Below are positions 58,122 to 64,000 of a DNA stretch of 64,000 bases, piece after piece (position 1 is the first letter of the stretch; each line of letters starts with the position of its first letter). The DNA is taken from NCBI GenBank assembly GCA_044344255.1, contig JBIJDH010000014.1, positions 128,001 through 192,000 on the forward strand, written 5' to 3'. A model generated the notes under the pieces. That model had not been told where the DNA came from. It did not search any database and was given only the letters and a program-made list of their open reading frames with translations. Origin of the DNA: Myxococcota bacterium. Lineage in GTDB: Bacteria > Myxococcota_A > UBA796 > UBA2385. A program made the translations under genes and the position numbers.

Positions 58122-59270
58122 ATGCGCCTGATGATCGTGGGACTGAGCGACAATGCCGTGCGCGCGCTGCGCGAGACCCTCGGCACGCTCGTGAGCGACG
58201 CCGGCGCCATCCGCGATCCGGGCCAGCTCGAGGCCGTGATGGGCGGCACCCGCCCTGAGGTCGTGGCGATCTACCTGGGTATGCGCCCGGGCCAGACACT
58301 CCAGACCATCCGCAGGGTCAAGGCGCTCTTCCCCGCCACCGCCTACATCGCGATCGTCGACGAGACGGGCCCCACCCTCATCCAGTCCGCCACGGAGGCC
58401 GGCTGCGCCGACATCGTCCTCCTGCAGCGCCTCCCCTCTGACCTCAAGCGCTCCCTCTCGCTGCTCATCCAGCGCGACCGGCCGAGCGACGCCGACGGCG
58501 AGATCACCGCCATCCTCGGCGCCAAAGGGGGGATGGGCACCACCACGGTGGCGATCAACCTCGCCGCCGAGATCGCCGCCCGCACACAGCAGCGCGTGAT
58601 CCTCGTCGACCTGCACGTCTACCTGGGCAACGTCGCGGTGATGCTCGACATCGTCCCCAAGCCCACCGTGCTCTGGTTCCTCCACCACGGCTCGATGGCC
58701 GACGCCCGCACCTGGGCGGACGCCCCGCCCACACACAAGGCCGGCTTCCGCGTGCTCGGCCTCGACGGCGACGTCGCCACCGCCGACCCCATCACCGCCG
58801 AGCAGGTGGTCTTCCTCTGCGCCCGGCTGAAGGAGCGCTACGAGCACGTCGTGCTCGACTGCGGCGCCGAGTTCAACGAGGTCACCCTCGCCGCCTGCTC
58901 CGCGGCCAACCGCCGTGTGATGGTCACCACCGACGAGCGCACCGCCCTCGTCGGGGCCATCCGCCGCCGGGACGCCCTCAAGGCGCTCGAGCTCGGCCCC
59001 ACCCCGGCCCGCCTCGTCATCAACCGGGCCCAGGCCATGAGCCCCGAAGAGTGCCAGAAGCTCGCCGATCAGATCGGCCTGCCCTTGGCTGGGATCGTCT
59101 CCAACGCCTGGCAGGACACCCAGGCCGCCCTCGATCAGGGCACCGTGCTCCGCATCGCCGCCCCCCGCGCCCAGGTCACGCGAGACGTGAAGGCGCTGGT
59201 GGACGGCATCTCGGGCACGCTTCAGGAGGAGGAGCGCAGGAAGCGCACCTTCTTCACGTTCTTCCGTTGA
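58122..59270 (+). CDS. CpaE/TadZ-like protein (degenerate receiver domain plus MinD/ParA-type ATPase)
   Basis: Deviant Walker A GAKGGMGTTT (second Lys absent, as is typical of TadZ/CpaE), ILVDL, VVLDC and LVINR. Confidence 0.8.
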   Translation: MRLMIVGLSDNAVRALRETLGTLVSDAGAIRDPGQLEAVMGGTRPEVVAIYLGMRPGQTLQTIRRVKALFPATAYIAIVDETGPTLIQSATEAGCADIVLLQRLPSDLKRSLSLLIQRDRPSDADGEITAILGAKGGMGTTTVAINLAAEIAARTQQRVILVDLHVYLGNVAVMLDIVPKPTVLWFLHHGSMADARTWADAPPTHKAGFRVLGLDGDVATADPITAEQVVFLCARLKERYEHVVLDCGAEFNEVTLAACSAANRRVMVTTDERTALVGAIRRRDALKALELGPTPARLVINRAQAMSPEECQKLADQIGLPLAGIVSNAWQDTQAALDQGTVLRIAAPRAQVTRDVKALVDGISGTLQEEERRKRTFFTFFR

Positions 59271-59321
59271 TCCCCCATCGTGACGGCTCGGGCGGACGGC
59301 CCGGGCCGCGTTGAGGCCGGC

Positions 59322-60122
59322 ATGACCATCCATCCGACCGCCATCGTCTCCCCCGAGGCCGAGCTCCACGCAGACGTCGAGATCGGCCCCTACGCGATCA
59401 TCGGCCCCGGCGTCGTGCTGGAGACCGGCGTCCGCGTCGGCAGCCACGCCGTGGTGAGCGGGCCCACCCTCGTCGGCGCCCACACCCGCATCTTCCCCCA
59501 CGCCGTCCTCGGCGAAGACCCCCAAGACCTCAAGTACGACGGAGGGGAGAGCCGGCTCATCATCGGCCAGCACAACACCTTCCGCGAGTTCTCGACGGCG
59601 AACCGCGGGACGGCCGCCGGGGGCGGGATCACCCGCATCGGCGATCACAACCTCTTCATGGCCTACTCCCACGTGGCCCATGACTGCGTGGTGGGCAGCC
59701 ACTGCGTCTTCGCCAACTCCGCCAACCTCGCCGGCCACGTCACGGTGCAGGACCACGTGGTGCTCGGCGGGCTCGTGGCGGTCCACCAGCACAGCCGCAT
59801 CGGCCGCTGCGCGATGGCCGGCGGCGGCGCGATGGTCGCCCAGGACGTGCCCCCCTACACCATCGCCCAGGGCGACCGGGCGCGGCTCTTCGGCCTCAAC
59901 ATCGTGGGGCTGCGGCGGAACGGCTACAAGATCGACGTGGTCAACGCGCTCAAGGCGGCCTACCGCGAGCTCTTCCATCAGGCCCTCCCCTTGCGCATCG
60001 CCATCGAGGCGGTGCGCGAGGGCTCGGCTGACGTCCCCGAGGTCCGCGAGCTGGTCGAGTTCATCGAGCAGAGCCAGCGCGGCATCTGCCGCTCCGCCGG
60101 CACCGAGGCCAGCCCGGAGTGA
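59322..60122 (+). CDS. lpxA: Acyl-ACP--UDP-N-acetylglucosamine O-acyltransferase
   Basis: IHPTAIV, PQDLKY, RE...NRGT, MAYSHVAHDC, LAGHV, VHQ and GLN.VGLRR. Confidence 0.96.
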   Translation: MTIHPTAIVSPEAELHADVEIGPYAIIGPGVVLETGVRVGSHAVVSGPTLVGAHTRIFPHAVLGEDPQDLKYDGGESRLIIGQHNTFREFSTANRGTAAGGGITRIGDHNLFMAYSHVAHDCVVGSHCVFANSANLAGHVTVQDHVVLGGLVAVHQHSRIGRCAMAGGGAMVAQDVPPYTIAQGDRARLFGLNIVGLRRNGYKIDVVNALKAAYRELFHQALPLRIAIEAVREGSADVPEVRELVEFIEQSQRGICRSAGTEASPE

Positions 60123-61006
60123 CCCCCCTCTCTCGGGGTCCCCGCGCCGGGCGGCTGCGCGGGGTGCTGCTCGGGCACGGGCACATGGGGGCCTTCCACG
60201 CCCGCCGCCTCGCCGAGCGCGGCGACGTGGCGCTCACCGTCCTCGACCCCGCTCAGGGACTGCACGGCCCGCTGCCCGGGGCGCTCGACTTCGCGGTCAT
60301 CGCCACCCCGACCTCCACCCACGCCGACCTCGCGCGGCCCCTGCTCGACCGGGGCGTGCCCTGCCTCATCGAGAAGCCGCTCGCCGCCACGCTCGCCGAG
60401 GCGCGGCTCCTCGCAGCCTACCCGCACCTCAGCGTCGGGCACGTCGAGCGCTGGAACCCCACTCTGTCCCTGATCGCGGGCTGTCGACCGCGCTTCTTCG
60501 TCTCCGAGCGCCTCGCCCCCTACCCGGCCCGCGGCACCGACGTCGACGTCATCTCCGACCTCCTCGTCCACGACCTCGACCTCGCCTGCCTCCTCCTCCC
60601 GGGCCCCCTCCGCGATCTGCGCGCCGTCGGCGTCGGCGTGCTCTCGGGGGTGACCGACATCGTCAACGTGCGCCTCGAGCTCGGCGCGGCGGTGGCCCAG
60701 CTCAGCGCCAGCCGCGTCTCCCGCGAGCCCGTGCGAAAGCTGCGCCTCTTTGAAGACGGCCAATACTGGAGCCTCGACCTCCTCCACCGCGCGGCCTTCC
60801 GAAGCCGCTGGGGCCAGGGCGAGCAGGGGGTAGAGCTCCAGGGAGAGCCCCTGCCCGTGCCCGCGGGCGACGCCCTCCAGGGCGAGCACGCCGCCTTCCT
60901 CGCCGCGGTGCGCGGAGAGGCGCCCTACCCGGTGCCCGGCCCCGAGGCCCTCGCCGTGCTGGAGCTGGCCGAGCAGGTGCGGGGCGCGCTCTCGAGCGGG
61001 GCCTGA
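60119..61006 (+). CDS. Gfo/Idh/MocA oxidoreductase, GnnA-like (UDP-GlcNAc 3-dehydrogenase candidate)
   Basis: GTGA overlap with lpxA; GHGHMG, EKP, GHVERWNP, DVDVISDLLVHDLD and ASRVS. Confidence 0.8.
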   Translation: MTPLSRGPRAGRLRGVLLGHGHMGAFHARRLAERGDVALTVLDPAQGLHGPLPGALDFAVIATPTSTHADLARPLLDRGVPCLIEKPLAATLAEARLLAAYPHLSVGHVERWNPTLSLIAGCRPRFFVSERLAPYPARGTDVDVISDLLVHDLDLACLLLPGPLRDLRAVGVGVLSGVTDIVNVRLELGAAVAQLSASRVSREPVRKLRLFEDGQYWSLDLLHRAAFRSRWGQGEQGVELQGEPLPVPAGDALQGEHAAFLAAVRGEAPYPVPGPEALAVLELAEQVRGALSSGA

Positions 61007-61072
61007 GCCGGACCGCGAGGACCCTTCCCCGCCGCCGGGATACGCTCCGCTGCTCTCAACGTGGAGGAAGGC

Positions 61073-61561
61073 ATGCAGGAGCTCACCGGCGACATCTCGC
61101 TCACCCTCGCCCAGGCGAAGGACATCGCCCGCGCGCTCTCGACCGTCGCCCGCGCCGACGGCGGCGTCGGGCCAGCGGAGCGGGAGCTCATCACCGCCTT
61201 CTACACGGCCGCTTGTGCCGAGGGCGGTGAGGTCCCCGAAGACCTCGACGCCCACGTGTGGAGCGCCGACGAGAGTCGCGCCGTACAGGACTCCGACGCC
61301 TCCCGCGAGGCGCTGCTCCGCTCGGTGCTGCTGATGGCCTGGCTGGACGGCGCCTGCGCCCCCGCCGAGCGCGCGACCATCGACGAGATCGTGCAGGGCC
61401 TCGGCATCACGGCCGAGACCCACCGGGCCGTGGAGGCGGGCGTCCTCCGGATGCTGCTGGCCCCCTTCGTGCTCGAGCACTTCCCCGAGGCGCGGTACAC
61501 CGCAGGGCAGCACCTCGGGCTCGGGGCCGACGAGGTCGATCAGCTCCTCGCCGAGGCCTGA
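61073..61561 (+). CDS. TerB-like domain protein
   Basis: Two A.[AL]DG....AER motifs (ARADGGVGPAER, AWLDGACAPAER); GGAGG RBS. Confidence 0.75.
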   Translation: MQELTGDISLTLAQAKDIARALSTVARADGGVGPAERELITAFYTAACAEGGEVPEDLDAHVWSADESRAVQDSDASREALLRSVLLMAWLDGACAPAERATIDEIVQGLGITAETHRAVEAGVLRMLLAPFVLEHFPEARYTAGQHLGLGADEVDQLLAEA

Positions 61562-61574
61562 GCGAGGGGCGCGG

Positions 61575-62564
61575 ATGGACCCCTCCGACAGCGTCGAGCG
61601 CTACATCCTCACCGGCACGGTTGACCCCACCTTCCCCGACTGGCCGGGCGGGCTGGCGGAGCGACGGCGGCAGGGCGCGCAGACCTTGCGGGCGGTGCTC
61701 TGTCGGGTGGTGGCCTGGCGGGCCCGCCAGTCGCCGATGGCCGGGGCGCGGCTGCCGATCGACGTCGAGGGGGTCGTGCGGGCCCGCGTGTCGCCGATGC
61801 TGCGCGGCCTGTTCTCCCCCGAGGAGGCAGAGGTGCTCACCCGCTCGCTGCCGCCGCGGGTGGTGGTGCTCACGGCGGGCACCTTCCCGGCGGCCGCCGA
61901 GCGCGTGCCGCTGGAGGCGGCCTGGGACCTCGCCAACCTGCTCCTCGACGACCTCCGGGTGCCCACCCTGGCCGACGACGTCCCCGAGCTGCTCGGCCTC
62001 TGCGCCGGGGGCCGGGCCTGGGTGCTGCCGCGGGCCCTGCGCGCCGCGCCGCTCGCCAGCGGCGCCAATCCCAACAGCGGCGCCGTCGGCACCGACGTGA
62101 TCGTCCACGAGGTGGCCCACCTGCTGCACATCGTCCCCCGCGGCGAGCTCGGCCTGCTGCCACCCGAGGGGACGGCGCTCGCGGTCCCCGCCCGCCGCCG
62201 CGAGACCTTCGCGTACGCCGCCGAGGCCTGGGCCTGCCACAGTCGAACGGGGGGCCCGCCCCTAGGGGAGCTCCACCTCGGTCGAGATGACGCCCGGGTC
62301 GACCCCGAGGCCCTCGCCCGGCTCCTCCAGGAGGCCGAGGCCACGGCCGACGGGCCCGGGGGAGGCTGGCCGGCGCTCCGCCGCTGGGCCGAGGGCGGGC
62401 GCGCTCAGCGCGCGGTGACGCTCAAGGTCCCCGAGGGCGAGGCCTCCGCCGCCGCGCCGCCGTCGAGCCATTCGGCCCCGGCGGCCTCCCCGCGGAGGGC
62501 CTCGGCGAAGAAGGCCACCGCGACAGCGCCCGTGAGCCCCTTGCCCGCCGCGGGCGCGAGGTAG
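61575..62564 (+). CDS. Hypothetical protein with an HExxH motif
   Basis: VHEVAH followed by a downstream ETFAY; the last 160 nt overlap the convergent gene. Confidence 0.6.
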   Translation: MDPSDSVERYILTGTVDPTFPDWPGGLAERRRQGAQTLRAVLCRVVAWRARQSPMAGARLPIDVEGVVRARVSPMLRGLFSPEEAEVLTRSLPPRVVVLTAGTFPAAAERVPLEAAWDLANLLLDDLRVPTLADDVPELLGLCAGGRAWVLPRALRAAPLASGANPNSGAVGTDVIVHEVAHLLHIVPRGELGLLPPEGTALAVPARRRETFAYAAEAWACHSRTGGPPLGELHLGRDDARVDPEALARLLQEAEATADGPGGGWPALRRWAEGGRAQRAVTLKVPEGEASAAAPPSSHSAPAASPRRASAKKATATAPVSPLPAAGAR

Positions 62565-63559
62565 GAGAAGGGCTCACCCCCCTCCTGCCGGGTGTCGTCT
62601 CCGCAGCCCGGCAGGAAGCCCGGCGTGAGCCCGACGAGGTCCGAGGGAGACCAATGGCCGGCGTCGGCCATGGTCACGAGGCGGGCCGGGGCGGTGGCCT
62701 CGGCAAAGTTCGACGCGATGAGGGTGTTGCCGAGCACGCCCACGCTGTGGTCCTCGGCGAGGAGCAGGAAGAGCAGCGGCGACTGTAACGAGGCGACGTC
62801 CACGCCGGCCAGCAGCGGGTTCTCGGGGGGAGCCCCGACGAAGAGCGCCGCCTGCGGAGCCCCGAGCTCGGAGTCAGCGGCCTGTCGGTCCTGGAGGAGC
62901 TTGCCGGCGGTGACAGCGCCGAAGCTGTGGCCCATCAGGCCGACCCGATCGGGATCCACCTCGACCCCGAGCGCGCCGGAGAGGGCGAGGTCGAGGGCGA
63001 AGCCGAGGTCGCCCACGCGGAGGGCGAGGGTGTCGGTGTCGAGCGGGAGCCCCGCCTCGGCCTGCTGGTCGAAGAGCGTGTCCCCCGCGTGGTCGGGGGC
63101 GACCACCACGAAGCCGTGGCTGGCCAGGCGCTCGGCCACCGTGGCGGTGGAGAAGCGGGCGCAGCCATAACAGTGGGACAGGGCGATCACCGGCCAGGGC
63201 CCCCCCTCGGCGACGGGGGTGTCCAGGCCAGCCTCCAGCACCTCGCTCGGGCAGCCGGCCGGCGCGGCGTCGAGCAGGGCCTGATAGACCGCCCGGTCGC
63301 CCGGATCGGCGAGGAGGTCCGTCACGGGGCTCGGGGCGACCGAGCTCGCGGCGGGGTACCAGAGCTCGACGGTCAGCGCCCGCGCTCGGGCCAAGTCCTC
63401 CCCGCTCCAGGTCAATCGACCGGCCGCGTAGGCCCCGGGAGCCTCGGGATCGAATACCTCGGGGTCAAAGGGGGCAGCCCCCTCGGCGGCGCCGCTGTCC
63501 TCGGCCTTCCCACAGGAGGCGAGCAGGAGGAGCCCCAGCGCCGCGCGACCCCTGCTCAT
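62405..63559 (-). CDS. Alpha/beta hydrolase lipoprotein (PAF-acetylhydrolase/chlorophyllase-like)
   Basis: Lipobox LLASC; ELWYPA, LASHGFVVVAPDH, GHSFG, EDH and AGH. Confidence 0.85.
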   Translation of the reverse strand: MSRGRAALGLLLLASCGKAEDSGAAEGAAPFDPEVFDPEAPGAYAAGRLTWSGEDLARARALTVELWYPAASSVAPSPVTDLLADPGDRAVYQALLDAAPAGCPSEVLEAGLDTPVAEGGPWPVIALSHCYGCARFSTATVAERLASHGFVVVAPDHAGDTLFDQQAEAGLPLDTDTLALRVGDLGFALDLALSGALGVEVDPDRVGLMGHSFGAVTAGKLLQDRQAADSELGAPQAALFVGAPPENPLLAGVDVASLQSPLLFLLLAEDHSVGVLGNTLIASNFAEATAPARLVTMADAGHWSPSDLVGLTPGFLPGCGDDTRQEGGEPFSYLAPAAGKGLTGAVAVAFFAEALRGEAAGAEWLDGGAAAEASPSGTLSVTAR

Positions 63560-63581
63560 TCGCCAGCTCCGTTTCATCGGT

Positions 63582-64000
63582 TCAGTCCACCTGATAGGAG
63601 ACGACCACCGCCCGGTGGTCACTCGGCCAAGGGTCGGCGTCATAGACATAGGCATCGAGCGGGGTCAAGTGGAGCGCGCCGTCTCGACCATACACAAAGT
63701 CAATCCGGTCGTGCACGTCGTCCGCCTCGAAGCTGCCCTTGGGGTAGCCGGCGGTCCAGGTGAGGCCCCGATCGAGGGTGGGGTCGGGGTGGACCGCCCG
63801 ATAAGCGTCCACGAAGCCGCCCTCGGCGAAGGCGACCGAGCTCGGCCAGGCCACGACGAGATCAAAGTTCTGATCGGCGTTGTCGGCGGTCCAGTCGAGG
63901 TGGGAGGGGGCGTTGTGGTCGCCGAGCACGATCGCCGTGTCGAGGCCCTCGAGCAGGCCGAGCACCGCCGCGGCGTCGTCCCCGCGCACCCGCCCCTCGG
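63582..64000 (-). CDS. Endonuclease/exonuclease/phosphatase family protein, C-terminal part (start outside the window)
   Basis: LGDHN, GFVDAYR, GLTWT, DRIDFVY and PSDHRAV. Confidence 0.85.
   Translation of the reverse strand, partial: EGRVRGDDAAAVLGLLEGLDTAIVLGDHNAPSHLDWTADNADQNFDLVVAWPSSVAFAEGGFVDAYRAVHPDPTLDRGLTWTAGYPKGSFEADDVHDRIDFVYGRDGALHLTPLDAYVYDADPWPSDHRAVVVSYQVD

Overview
Very GC-rich bacterial chromosome segment, most consistent with Myxococcota (aglRQS-type motor genes, a MYXO-CTERM-like protease, a Hanks-type kinase and Asp/Cys-rich MopE-type repeat lipoproteins); the taxonomy is inferred. It holds about 46 protein-coding genes and no tRNA, rRNA, CRISPR array or mobile element that I can support. 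Housekeeping genes include yghU (partial, missing from the ORF track), glpK, rsmC-like, hslR-like, recO, glyQ/glyS, slt-pgsA, a KamA/EpmB radical SAM gene, gshA and lpxA followed by a gnnA-like dehydrogenase. The main candidate for an undescribed system is a stand-alone 10.9 kb type I PKS with the architecture ACP-KS-AT-AT-DH-ER-KR-ACP-KS-[AT deleted]-ACP-R. Its starter AT is atypical (Arg-to-Tyr, VCPH motif), its second module has no AT, and it ends in a reductive release domain. Other notable items are a SyrB2-like Fe/2OG enzyme with Glu in place of the halogenase Ala, a convergent gene junction where both genes carry tandem copies of their own stop codons in all three frames, several unrelated short intergenic tandem repeats, a recurring leaderless promoter signature, tandem repeat-lipoprotein paralogs with a higher-order repeat, and an orphan hexaheme cytochrome c. 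All protein calls come from motif recognition by eye, with no database search.
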